From Thermoplasmata archaeon (lineage in GTDB: Archaea > Thermoplasmatota > Thermoplasmata > GCA-020350865), in assembly GCA_020348445.1 (NCBI GenBank), contig CP070751.1, forward strand, positions 3,755,189-3,819,188: a stretch of 64,000 nucleotides of DNA, in the 5' to 3' direction. Below, one piece after another: positions 8,175 to 17,162 of this stretch; the first letter of the stretch is position 1, and the number at the start of each line of letters is the position of its first letter. The translations under genes were made by a program, and so were the position numbers. The notes under the pieces were generated by a model. That model had not been told where the DNA came from. It saw only the letters and a program-made list of their open reading frames with translations, and did not search any database.

Positions 8175-11100
8175 GTGCTAGTAATGGGTGAAGATATTAA
8201 GCGTATATTAATGGTAATTTTAGGGATGATATTGATATTATCGGCGATATCAATAATCCCTTTAAAGGAGCCCATTCTTGATTGTGCATCTGCAGGCTCA
8301 ATCTGGGTTCAAACCACTGAGACAGATTTCAATGCAGGGACTTTAGAAAATGTGACTGTCACACCTGAGGGTAATGTGACGCTTGCATTACAGACCAAAA
8401 ATATAGAAGAAGATTTCACCGACGAATCTAATATCAGTTATAAAATAAATGTGATTGTAGATAGCGTATTAGGGGAAGCTAGGCTGGTAAAAGGTATCAA
8501 TAAAACATTTGGCGGGCCAGATATAGATTGGGGTTGGTGGGTTCAACAAACCAGCGATTTTGGATATGCTCTTTTCAGCGAGACTGGATCTTTTGGGGCA
8601 GGTGATTTGGACGCATGGTTGATCAAGACCGACGAAAAAGGAAATGAAGAGATAAACAAAACATTTGGTGGTCCTGCAAAGGACGGAGCAAGATCAGGCC
8701 AGCAGACCAATGATGGCGGATATATTCTTGGCGGATATGCCGATTCCTTTGGTTTTCCTGGTCATGACGGTTGGTTGATAAGGACAGATTCACTTGGAAA
8801 TGAGCTATGGAACTATACATACGGCGGTCCCGGAACAGATGCTTTCTACTCTGTTGTGCAAACCACAGATGGCGGTTTCGTTGCAACTGGATATGAGACT
8901 TCATATGGACCTCCAGGTTATAACGTTTGGCTGTATAGAACAGACGCAGTGGGATCTGAGCTATGGACTAGATATTACGGGGAGGGAGGTTCAGAATATG
9001 GAATGTCTGTTAAGCAGACATCTGATGATGGATATATTATTACAGGTACCACAGATTCTTTTGGAACTGGAGACACCGATTTATGGTTGATAAAGACAGA
9101 TGTAATAGGAATTGAACAATGGAATCATACATTTGGAGGACTTGCTGATGATTGGGGTGGCTCGGTTTTTCAGACCTCTGATGGAGGATATATCGTCTCA
9201 GGCGATACAAGATCCTACGGCTCTGGTGGTTATGACGTATGGCTGATTAAAACCGATGAATTTGGTAATGAAGAATGGAATATGACATATGGTGAAGCAT
9301 TTGTCGATGACACGGGATATTGTGTTCATCAGACTTTTGATGGGGGATACGTCATAGCTGCAAGCGCGACCAATTTATTTACCGGCTACACAGATATCTG
9401 GTTGATAAAGACTGATAGTAATGGTAATGAACAGTGGAGGAGGATTTTTGGAGGGGCAGCTTCTGATTGGGGATACTCTGTTGATCAAACCGTTGATGGA
9501 GGTTTCATTCTCATTGGATATACAGCATCGTATGGAGCAGGAAGTATAGATGTGTGGTTGATTAAAACCGATACCCAAGGAAATATCAGTTCTGAAGGTG
9601 AACTGATTTCTGCCAACATGCTATCAGGGAAAAATGCATTTTCCATTGATACTTTTAATTGCACAGCATCCATTCCTCCTGGTACCCTTGTGCAAGTTCA
9701 ATTTTCACAGGACAAACTCGATTGGTATGATTCTGCCCGTGTACTAGATAGCTGGGATACTTTAACTGATGGCTTCAATTCCATTGACTTGTCTCTTCTT
9801 GGATGGGGTGGTTCTGAACTTTTCTACAAAATGTACTTTTTCTCAAATACTGTTGACATCCCTTCTGTAGAGAATGTTAATATTTCGTACAGTGTATATT
9901 CATCTTCGGGAGTGTTGACTTCGCAAACCTTTGATTGCGGTGAAACTAATGTTGACTGGAAGACTTTGAGTTGGATTGCATTAGAACCTCCGGGAACAGA
10001 AGTTAGATTTCAGTTAAGGGCTGCTGATACTCAAGCCAATTTATCGACAATGAATTTTTCGGGGCCAGACGGAAGCTCAGCAACTTATTACGATTTTTCA
10101 CCTGCAAATACCTGGTCGGGTCTTGATGGTTACCCATGGGTGCAATTCAAGGCTTTTTTAATAGGAACAAGTGAACTTACACCTATTTTGCAGGAGGTTA
10201 CCATATACTATGATTTCATACCAGATGCGCCAACCAACCTCACAATAGAGATCTGGGGAAATAACCTCACCCTAAACTGGACGGCCCCACAAAGCAGTCC
10301 AAGCCCTGTAAATCACTATTTGATTTATAGGGTTAACGATCCAAATAGTTTTACTTATTCAGATTCAGAGATAATCTACAATTCCTCCAACAATCCAGGA
10401 CACGAACTAGACACCATGTGGAATGATACCCAAGCTCTATTGGACCAAAGTAACAACTATTTTTATGTTGTCAGGGCAATATCTGATGATGGTGGTAACG
10501 ACACCAATGAGAATATCGTGGGGAAGTATGTGATTCAACTTTCTGCTGGCTGGAATTTGATCTCTTTACCTTTGACTCAAAAAGATACCAGTATCTCCGA
10601 GGTTCTAAGAACGATAGATGGTCAATTTAATGTTGTTCAGTGGTATGATGCAAAAAATGGAATTTGGCGTTCTACTTCAACAGGTTTGACTGATATCAAC
10701 AGAAGCATGGGTTTGTGGATTTATATGAAAAATAAACACAATTTAAGTGTGGTTGGCGCAGTTTCAGAGTCAACTGACATTGCTTTGTATAAAGGTTGGA
10801 ATTTAGTTGGGTATCCAAGTTTTACAATCAGAAATCTAAATGATGCTTTAATTGGAATAAATTGGCAGGCTGTGCAGCAGTATAACGCCTTTGATTCTAA
10901 TGATCCTTGGAAGCACAATAGTGTTAGCAAGCCTGATAGATTCAATGACCTAAAGGAAATGAAACCAGGCTATGGATATTGGGTATATGCTGCAATAGAT
11001 GATACCTGGGTGACAACAAGATCATATGATGACGCAAGAAGTGAGATTTGGAGAGTATATGGATTAAAGGAAAAAGACAAAGGGCAGCATAATTTTGAAT

Positions 11101-11282
11101 TAATAATTGAAGATCCATTAGAAATAACGAATGAAGAATACCTTGAAAATAATATCCCTCCAGGGAATTCAAACGATAAAAAAGAAATCAAGAGAATAGA
11201 TTTCTCTCTTCTCTCTTTTATGTTGCTTGTCATATTGGTTTGGATCGGGGGGATTATGAAGCTGCAAAGCATTGGACATTGA
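8175..11282 (+). CDS. Large (1035 aa) cell-surface glycoprotein with ~8 tandem beta-propeller-like repeats, an FN3-like region and a C-terminal TM anchor
   Basis: N-terminal signal/TM helix. Eight ~47-aa repeats share the consensus WLIKTD..GNE.WN.TFGG...D.G.SV.QT.DGGYi..G.T.S.G.G..D, resembling SBBP-type beta-propeller repeats. Many N-x-S/T sequons. An FN3-like block (PDAPTNLTIEIWGNNLTLNWTAP..YLIYRV). C-terminal hydrophobic helix LLSFMLLVILVWIGGIM. Confidence 0.8.
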   Translation: MLVMGEDIKRILMVILGMILILSAISIIPLKEPILDCASAGSIWVQTTETDFNAGTLENVTVTPEGNVTLALQTKNIEEDFTDESNISYKINVIVDSVLGEARLVKGINKTFGGPDIDWGWWVQQTSDFGYALFSETGSFGAGDLDAWLIKTDEKGNEEINKTFGGPAKDGARSGQQTNDGGYILGGYADSFGFPGHDGWLIRTDSLGNELWNYTYGGPGTDAFYSVVQTTDGGFVATGYETSYGPPGYNVWLYRTDAVGSELWTRYYGEGGSEYGMSVKQTSDDGYIITGTTDSFGTGDTDLWLIKTDVIGIEQWNHTFGGLADDWGGSVFQTSDGGYIVSGDTRSYGSGGYDVWLIKTDEFGNEEWNMTYGEAFVDDTGYCVHQTFDGGYVIAASATNLFTGYTDIWLIKTDSNGNEQWRRIFGGAASDWGYSVDQTVDGGFILIGYTASYGAGSIDVWLIKTDTQGNISSEGELISANMLSGKNAFSIDTFNCTASIPPGTLVQVQFSQDKLDWYDSARVLDSWDTLTDGFNSIDLSLLGWGGSELFYKMYFFSNTVDIPSVENVNISYSVYSSSGVLTSQTFDCGETNVDWKTLSWIALEPPGTEVRFQLRAADTQANLSTMNFSGPDGSSATYYDFSPANTWSGLDGYPWVQFKAFLIGTSELTPILQEVTIYYDFIPDAPTNLTIEIWGNNLTLNWTAPQSSPSPVNHYLIYRVNDPNSFTYSDSEIIYNSSNNPGHELDTMWNDTQALLDQSNNYFYVVRAISDDGGNDTNENIVGKYVIQLSAGWNLISLPLTQKDTSISEVLRTIDGQFNVVQWYDAKNGIWRSTSTGLTDINRSMGLWIYMKNKHNLSVVGAVSESTDIALYKGWNLVGYPSFTIRNLNDALIGINWQAVQQYNAFDSNDPWKHNSVSKPDRFNDLKEMKPGYGYWVYAAIDDTWVTTRSYDDARSEIWRVYGLKEKDKGQHNFELIIEDPLEITNEEYLENNIPPGNSNDKKEIKRIDFSLLSFMLLVILVWIGGIMKLQSIGH
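8500..9600 (+). repeat. Tandem ~141-bp coding repeats (8 copies) inside the surface-protein gene
   Basis: The WLIKTD....TFGG....QT.DGG motif is iterated in the protein sequence. Confidence 0.65.
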
Positions 11283-11605
11283 TAGGGATTATTGTGGGAT
11301 TTGCAGGAGGTATTCTCCCTTTGATCATATTTATAATATCTTATATTTCGTTCGATGATGCGATCCGAACACCGCAGCATAGCCCAACTAATTATGGCAT
11401 TTTTCAACAACCCAGTCCTATTAGATATTGTGATAGTTGTAGAAGACAGATTCCATTTGATAGTAAGCTTTGTCCTTATTGTGGTGTGCAACAATCCACT
11501 ATTGATTCATTCGAAAAACCACCTCCACCACCTACAGAATCTAAAAAAACTATACCTGTGGAAGAACAACATCATAAACCGCCACCCCCACCTCCACCGA
11601 AGTAA
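11240..11605 (+). CDS. Small membrane protein with zinc ribbon and Pro-rich tail; paralog of ORF 5171
   Basis: TTG start. The conserved DRGDYEAAKHWTLIGIIVGFAGGILPLIIFIISYISFDDAIR block is followed by CDSCRRQ...CPYCG and PPPPTESKK..HKPPPPPPPK. It overlaps the 3' end of 8175..11282 in another frame. Confidence 0.45.
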   Translation: MDRGDYEAAKHWTLIGIIVGFAGGILPLIIFIISYISFDDAIRTPQHSPTNYGIFQQPSPIRYCDSCRRQIPFDSKLCPYCGVQQSTIDSFEKPPPPPTESKKTIPVEEQHHKPPPPPPPK

Positions 11606-11637
11606 AAACTACCATTACAAAGGAGTATAAAAAAAAC

Positions 11638-11652
11638 AAATATATTTATAAC
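11638..11652 (+). promoter_or_regulatory. Putative TATA box (ATATTTATAA) for the hypCAD operon, probably leaderless
   Basis: AT-rich box ~25 nt upstream of hypC ATG 11674. No RBS between them. Confidence 0.3.
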
Positions 11653-11673
11653 CCCCCACCCATTCAGCCCCCC

Positions 11674-11898
11674 ATGTGCCTTGCAGTTCCTGGTAAGATA
11701 CTGAGTATAGACGAAGACCAAATCGCGAACGTGGATTTCGGGGGAGTAGAAAGACCTGTCAACGTCTCATTGGTGGATGTATATGAAGGAGACTATGTCA
11801 TAGTTCATGCAGGATATGCGATTCAGGTTTTAAGCGAGGAGGATGCACTCCAATCCTTGGAAATGTTCAGGCAGATTTTGGAGGAGCAAAATGCATGA
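11674..11898 (+). CDS. hypC: Hydrogenase assembly chaperone HypC/HupF
   Basis: Begins with the MCLAVPG signature (MC(L/I)(A/G)(I/V)P). 74 aa. Confidence 0.9.
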   Translation: MCLAVPGKILSIDEDQIANVDFGGVERPVNVSLVDVYEGDYVIVHAGYAIQVLSEEDALQSLEMFRQILEEQNA

Positions 11899-12307
11899 GT
11901 ACTCCATCATGGTGGACATCGTCAATGCAGCTCTGAAGTCCATTGAGAACTATGATGTGGAGAGTGTCCAGAAGATTTTTTTGGATGTGGGTGAATTGAC
12001 CTTCTTAAACCCAGAGCAGCTCAAATTCTGCTTCACAGTGTTGATCAAGGACAATATACTAAAAGGTGCTGAGCTTGAGATACAACAAAAGAGGGCCGAA
12101 ATAGAATGTAAATCATGTGAATACAAAGGGCCCCTCGAAAAACAACCAGAAGAGGATCATTTCAGGATACCTAGAATCTCCTGCCCGAAATGCGAAGGTG
12201 AGATCAAGTTGCTGAGTGGAAGGGAGTGCATTTTAAGGAACATCAAGATGACGTTAAGGGATGAGAATCCAAAGGAGCAAAAAGAGCAGGTGAGCAACAC
12301 GAGTTGA
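11891..12307 (+). CDS. hypA: Hydrogenase nickel incorporation protein HypA
   Basis: Start MHEYSIM... Two CxxC pairs (CKSC...CPKC) in a zinc-ribbon arrangement. The ATG overlaps the hypC stop (ATGCATGA). Confidence 0.85.
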   Translation: MHEYSIMVDIVNAALKSIENYDVESVQKIFLDVGELTFLNPEQLKFCFTVLIKDNILKGAELEIQQKRAEIECKSCEYKGPLEKQPEEDHFRIPRISCPKCEGEIKLLSGRECILRNIKMTLRDENPKEQKEQVSNTS

Positions 12308-12317
12308 GGGAATTTAA

Positions 12318-13430
12318 ATGATGGAGAAGTTCAGATTCAGGGATAAGGACCTCGCAGATGAGATCTTTCAAAAATTAAAGGATATGAATTTGAATATCAG
12401 ATTGATGCATGTCTGCGGAACACATCAGGACACACTTGTGAGGTTCGGATTGGAGGAGAATCTTAATAAAGTTGGTGTGGAGATCAGACAGGGCCCTGGG
12501 TGCCCGGTTTGTGTTACCACTCCAAAAGAGATAGAGGAGGCCATACTCCTTTCCAAAAAGGGCAAGAAGCTTGTTGTATTCGGTGACATGATCAAGGTCC
12601 CTGGAGCCTCAGGTTCACTTGCTGACGCAAGAGCCAGGGGAGGAGATATTCAGATCGCATACGGAGTGGACGATGCTGTGAACATAGCCTCCCAGGTAGA
12701 TAAAGAAGTTGTTTTCATGGCAGTGGGCTTTGAAACCACCATACCAAGCATCGCCATGGCAATTAAAAGGGTGCATGAAAAAAAGGAGAGCCAGTCTTCC
12801 AATTTCTCGATTCTAAGCTGCCACAGAATCGTGCCTCCCGCATTGAAGACATTGATTGAACTTGGAGAGGTGAAGTTGCACGGATTAATCGAGCCGGGCC
12901 ATGTGAGCACAATAATAGGTGCTAGACCATACGAGTTCCTCTCGGAAAAGTACAACGTTCCCCAGGTAATCGCTGGCTTCGAACCACTGGATCTTCTTAT
13001 GGGAATTTACATGCTAGCCAGGCAGATAGAAAAAGGGGAGGCCAAGGTGGAGATCGAGTATACACGAAGCGTGAAATACGAGGGTAATCCCAAGGCAGTC
13101 TCTGTTATAGACGAAGTTTTTGAGCCATTCGATATCAAATGGAGGGGATTTCCAGAAATTCCAGAAAGTGGACTTAGGCTTAAATCTGAATATGAGGATT
13201 ATGACGCAAGACAACTCTTTGCAGAGGATCTAAAGGATATTGAGGACATGGAATTCTCCGAACCTGCGGGCTGCAAGTGTGGGGATGTGTTAAGAGGTGT
13301 GATATATTCTGATGAATGCCCATTATTTGGAAAGGCCTGCACACCCGAACACCCTGTGGGGCCATGTATGGTGAGTGCCGAGGGAAGCTGTAATATTCTT
13401 TTGAAGTACGGAAGAAGAGGTAAAGAATAA
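12318..13430 (+). CDS. hypD: Hydrogenase maturation factor HypD
   Basis: CGTHQD, GPGCPVCV and FETT signature motifs. 370 aa. Confidence 0.9.
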   Translation: MMEKFRFRDKDLADEIFQKLKDMNLNIRLMHVCGTHQDTLVRFGLEENLNKVGVEIRQGPGCPVCVTTPKEIEEAILLSKKGKKLVVFGDMIKVPGASGSLADARARGGDIQIAYGVDDAVNIASQVDKEVVFMAVGFETTIPSIAMAIKRVHEKKESQSSNFSILSCHRIVPPALKTLIELGEVKLHGLIEPGHVSTIIGARPYEFLSEKYNVPQVIAGFEPLDLLMGIYMLARQIEKGEAKVEIEYTRSVKYEGNPKAVSVIDEVFEPFDIKWRGFPEIPESGLRLKSEYEDYDARQLFAEDLKDIEDMEFSEPAGCKCGDVLRGVIYSDECPLFGKACTPEHPVGPCMVSAEGSCNILLKYGRRGKE

Positions 13431-13435
13431 ATATC

Positions 13436-13448
13436 TGTTTTTTTTATC
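13436..13448 (+). terminator. Oligo-T tract (T8) after hypD, archaeal-type terminator
   Basis: ctgttttttttatc lies immediately after the hypD stop codon. Confidence 0.3.
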
Positions 13449-13497
13449 AAAACTAATTAGGATCAATAACTCATACAGCATGGTAAATCAATGGCAT

Positions 13498-14235
13498 TTA
13501 AAAAAGACTGGCTTGCTGAAATTTCAATTCTTCATATTCTTGCTTCTCTATTATCTCAGGCACATTTGTATTTCCCTTTCTATATGAAATCATCTTAGAT
13601 ACAGTGTGCGCATCCAAAACAGAATCGTCGATAGGCTCCAGCATCGAGTTGATATCGTCCCTGGTGATGTCAGAGTCCAGCCAACGTCTCTCATCATCCA
13701 GTCTTAATATCGCTGGCATCCTCTTTTTCTTGTTATGGATTTTTTCTAAAAGTGGGTTTGCTCTTGTGGTGATCACAGAAAAGGTATTGTATTTTTCATC
13801 TGTATCCTTGTTTGTCCATGTATCCCATATTCCGGCCATTGCGAAGGCTTCCTTGTCTGCCATTCTTATGTAATACGGATAATTCTTGCCCTTTACCTCT
13901 CTCCACTCGAAAAAGCCATCTGCGATCACAAGGCATCTTTTATTTTTTATGGGTCCTCTAAATGAGGGCTTTTCAAATAATGTTTCGGCCCTTGCATTGA
14001 ATGTTTTTGTTCTTATTTCATTTGCCTTTTCTTCATTTTTTATCCAAAATGGAATCAATCCCCATTTTAAGAACTGAATCAAGTTGACATTTTCGTTGGT
14101 TATCACAGGAACATCCGGAATGGAAAAAGCAGAAACATGATAGGCCGGCTCGTACAATTCAGGGGCATCGAACTTGGCATCAAAGCGCTCCTCAAGGCGA
14201 TCGCTTTTTAAAGCAAATGAGATGTCGAAACACAT
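13498..14235 (-). CDS. SOS-response associated peptidase (SRAP; HMCES/YedK family abasic-site DNA-protein crosslinking protein)
   Basis: Starts MCFD.. (Cys2 nucleophile). Clear similarity to E. coli YedK blocks: FNARAET, LVIADGFFEW, PYYIRMADKEAFAMAGIW, EKIHNKKKRMPAIL. The ORF track extends upstream to 14289, but ATG 14235 is the likely start. Confidence 0.8.
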   Translation of the reverse strand: MCFDISFALKSDRLEERFDAKFDAPELYEPAYHVSAFSIPDVPVITNENVNLIQFLKWGLIPFWIKNEEKANEIRTKTFNARAETLFEKPSFRGPIKNKRCLVIADGFFEWREVKGKNYPYYIRMADKEAFAMAGIWDTWTNKDTDEKYNTFSVITTRANPLLEKIHNKKKRMPAILRLDDERRWLDSDITRDDINSMLEPIDDSVLDAHTVSKMISYRKGNTNVPEIIEKQEYEELKFQQASLF

Positions 14236-14236
14236 T

Positions 14237-14605
14237 TTATTTACCTCCTTTTTTCTTCTTTTTTTCCTTTGGTGGCAGTGACGAGACATAGTTCACAGAC
14301 CTGTTAAGCCAGAATGAGAATTGCTTCTTATTATTAAAAAGGGACTTTGGAACAACGACATACTCCTTCATAAGCCTCCCGCTTACAGGCTCAAAGGGCA
14401 CCACTTCATCATGCTCATTTTTAATTCTTTCCCTATCCTCTTCAGATAATCTGATAAACAAATTTTCCTCGAAGGTACCGCAGAACATGTTGTTGTTTAT
14501 AAAATACGTTGGAAATCCGAACATTTTTCTCTTTTGGCATTCCACATCAGTTAAGCTCTTTTCGAGAAAGGAAGTCAATTCTTCAGGGGATTTTTTCCAG
14601 GCCAT
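14237..14605 (-). CDS. TfoX N-terminal domain-like protein (hypothetical)
   Basis: MFGFPTYFINNNMFCGTFEENLFIRL resembles the TfoX_N MFGG...Y.NG.MFa core. Lys-rich C-tail. Its stop lies 1 nt from the SRAP start. Confidence 0.4.
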   Translation of the reverse strand: MAWKKSPEELTSFLEKSLTDVECQKRKMFGFPTYFINNNMFCGTFEENLFIRLSEEDRERIKNEHDEVVPFEPVSGRLMKEYVVVPKSLFNNKKQFSFWLNRSVNYVSSLPPKEKKKKKGGK

Positions 14606-14649
14606 GATATCATATTTCCTTAATTATAAAGTCATATTTAAGTTTATTT

Positions 14650-16260
14650 TTACCTGGCCACAAGCCAAACAATCCCGATTTCATAGCTGTAATCATTTCC
14701 ACTATCCGTGGATCCAGTTATCCCAAAGGGATCTTCTTGATCTCCTGCATCCTCAAGGCTTATTGTCACTGTAACTTCGTATTCATCGCCTTCATTTGCA
14801 ATGACATTAGCAATATCCTCTATGGTGAAAGAAAGTTCAGTAGAAACACTTCCCTCCTCTCCATGGGCATTGGAACCAGTATCCTCGGAAGAAGTATTGA
14901 GGCCGGATATGATAACGTTAAATGTGTCTGGCTGGTTTTCATATGAAATTATAATACCTCCCCCATCAGGTTCATCTGTCCAAGTAACTGTTATCGTGAC
15001 TTCTTTGAGGTACCTATCTTTTTCAGATCTAAAAGACATTGTTTTTGATTGTCCTTCACCTAGAGAGCCGGAACCTGTTTCTAGCTCTGCGGACGCTATA
15101 AGTGATTCCAAATATCCAACATCTGCACCACCACCTCCTCCGCCATAATACATCTTGGAAAGGTCAGTTTCTCCAAAGGCATGTGTTATGCCCACAAAAG
15201 CGCTGCACACCACCATACAAAAGGCAACCAAGATGGCTAAAGTTGTAGTTACTGGCTTTTTCTCAAAATCGTGATCATGTACAAAGTCTTGCAGGGATAG
15301 GAATATTCCCCCGAATGCAGGTTCACCCCGTCTGTGAGGCTGCCAATAATATTTGTGGATGAAATAGAAAAACAGAATCATAATTGCGTCGGCAATGAGG
15401 CTGGTTCCTATGTTTACCAATGAATAGGTTGCAGGGTCCATTGATGTTTCTGCACTTTGAAAATAGAAAACCGAAAGCTGCCAGTTGCCCATGCCGTGCA
15501 TGACTATGCAGGCAAAGATATTTCTTGAATAGATATAAAGAACCCCGAACACGAAGCCAGCCGATATCCAACCCCAAAGGGCAGCCACAAATATATGGGG
15601 AGGAAGTTCATAGACAAAAAGGGCGATTGGAATATGGCTGCATCCAAACAAAACAGAAGAGAAAAACAGGGCCTGCCAATTTGGTAAAACCCGGGCTGAC
15701 TGGTCCTGGGCAAAGCTTCTAAATTCCAGCTCCTCCACAGGCCCAACTACAAAGAACTGGACGAAGGTCATTATACTGAACAATAATGGCGGGTCCAGTA
15801 AATTGAAGAATGTCATGGTTCCAGGTGCGGTTCCCCCTGCTGCACCTGCCAATGCATCGTATCCAAATTCCTCTAAAAGACGCCACATGATGGCCCCTAT
15901 GAAGCCAACTATGATTCCGCTCATAAGAAGTTTTTTCGTGAACTTAAATGGTAGGCCCCTTTCCTTTCTAACGTAGCGCCAGAAAACCAGAATCGGGATA
16001 AGATGTATCGTGGGTGAGAAAATGATATGGGCAATATAGAACTTAAGACTACCAAAGGGACTGATATAAGGTGCACTTATGTTTCTATATACTGCCCAAA
16101 TACATATTTGGACTATAATCACTCCTAAAATCAGCAATACATACTGCTGTTTTCCAGGAAGAGGCTTTTCACCTTTTGATGGTACACCATACCACTTGTT
16201 ATCTTCCTGGATTTCTTCCTTAATATCTGTAGAACTAGTTTCTTCGGAGCCCTCCATCAA
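14650..16260 (-). CDS. CPBP family (CAAX/Abi) intramembrane glutamic endopeptidase with a large C-terminal extracytoplasmic domain
   Basis: Multiple TM helices. Motifs EExxxR (GPVEELEFRSF), FxxxH (LFGCSHIP) and HxxxN (VMHGMGNW). The C-terminal ~200 aa is acidic and Gly/Thr-rich after a GGGGGG linker. Confidence 0.7.
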   Translation of the reverse strand: MMEGSEETSSTDIKEEIQEDNKWYGVPSKGEKPLPGKQQYVLLILGVIIVQICIWAVYRNISAPYISPFGSLKFYIAHIIFSPTIHLIPILVFWRYVRKERGLPFKFTKKLLMSGIIVGFIGAIMWRLLEEFGYDALAGAAGGTAPGTMTFFNLLDPPLLFSIMTFVQFFVVGPVEELEFRSFAQDQSARVLPNWQALFFSSVLFGCSHIPIALFVYELPPHIFVAALWGWISAGFVFGVLYIYSRNIFACIVMHGMGNWQLSVFYFQSAETSMDPATYSLVNIGTSLIADAIMILFFYFIHKYYWQPHRRGEPAFGGIFLSLQDFVHDHDFEKKPVTTTLAILVAFCMVVCSAFVGITHAFGETDLSKMYYGGGGGGADVGYLESLIASAELETGSGSLGEGQSKTMSFRSEKDRYLKEVTITVTWTDEPDGGGIIISYENQPDTFNVIISGLNTSSEDTGSNAHGEEGSVSTELSFTIEDIANVIANEGDEYEVTVTISLEDAGDQEDPFGITGSTDSGNDYSYEIGIVWLVAR

Positions 16261-16444
16261 CTGTGCCCCCGGAATTCAATATCCAAATTCATACTCAGCG
16301 CTCTCATCCTCATAATAAGCGTTACTTGCCCATAAACTCTTCGCCATTCTTTTTCCGATGGACATCACCTTTTACATACAGTTTGTTAAGCCAAAAAATT
16401 GTTCTACCACCTCATCCAACTCGTTATTTTCTCGCTAAACTGAT

Positions 16445-17005
16445 CTAACTTTTATCTAATCCCATGGCCTTTGCATTTGGACACATTATCTTTGCTCTGC
16501 AGTGGACACATGCTGTCTTTCTAAACACAACTAACATTCGGAACAAGAGCAACCCCACAACCATTATGAATACACCCAAAAGTAAGATCGAGAAGTCAAT
16601 AATCAAGGCTGGGATTATGGCAACGATGGGAATAAAAAGGGAAGCCATATACAGTTTGTTATGGCTGAACCCTCCAGCTCGTTTTGGGAAGTTCTTTAAG
16701 TCACCTTCCTTTGCAATTTTCCTTGAAACAAGGTTCAATCCCGATGTGCAAACCGAATTTTTAAGTTTGTAGTATATACAATTTGGGCACACGGTAAGGG
16801 GCATAATAACATACATCTGGGTAAATGCAAATACGAGGTATATGATCCCCAATAAGATACCCAAACCTGTGAAGTGATAACCAAGTATTATGCCGATACT
16901 TCCAAGTGAATAATGAAAAATCGTAACTCCATTGTATATTATTATATTTGGCAATGGATATCTCGTATAAAGCTCTGCTTTTGGAATATGTTCTGCCTCA
17001 TTCAT
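16445..17005 (-). CDS. Hypothetical integral membrane protein with Cys-rich C-terminus
   Basis: 4-5 hydrophobic helices. CPNC...C and CVHCRAKIMCP cysteine clusters. Confidence 0.45.
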   Translation of the reverse strand: MNEAEHIPKAELYTRYPLPNIIIYNGVTIFHYSLGSIGIILGYHFTGLGILLGIIYLVFAFTQMYVIMPLTVCPNCIYYKLKNSVCTSGLNLVSRKIAKEGDLKNFPKRAGGFSHNKLYMASLFIPIVAIIPALIIDFSILLLGVFIMVVGLLLFRMLVVFRKTACVHCRAKIMCPNAKAMGLDKS

Positions 17006-17162
17006 TTTTATTCCTGCAATCTAATTACTATATCACTCGGCACAGGCAAAGAGCTTTATTTTGTTTTCGCTCTTCTTTAAATAATTTAGTACACAACAAA
17101 ATGCTAGATAAAAATAGAATCCAAGTAAGTAAGAATTTATTTCCAACATATATAATCAAATA

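Noticed and set aside
10970-11494. 174-aa minus-strand ORF overlapping the end of the surface-protein gene and ORF 11240
   Set aside because: It lies antisense to two better-supported plus-strand genes, and its translation is low complexity with no motif.
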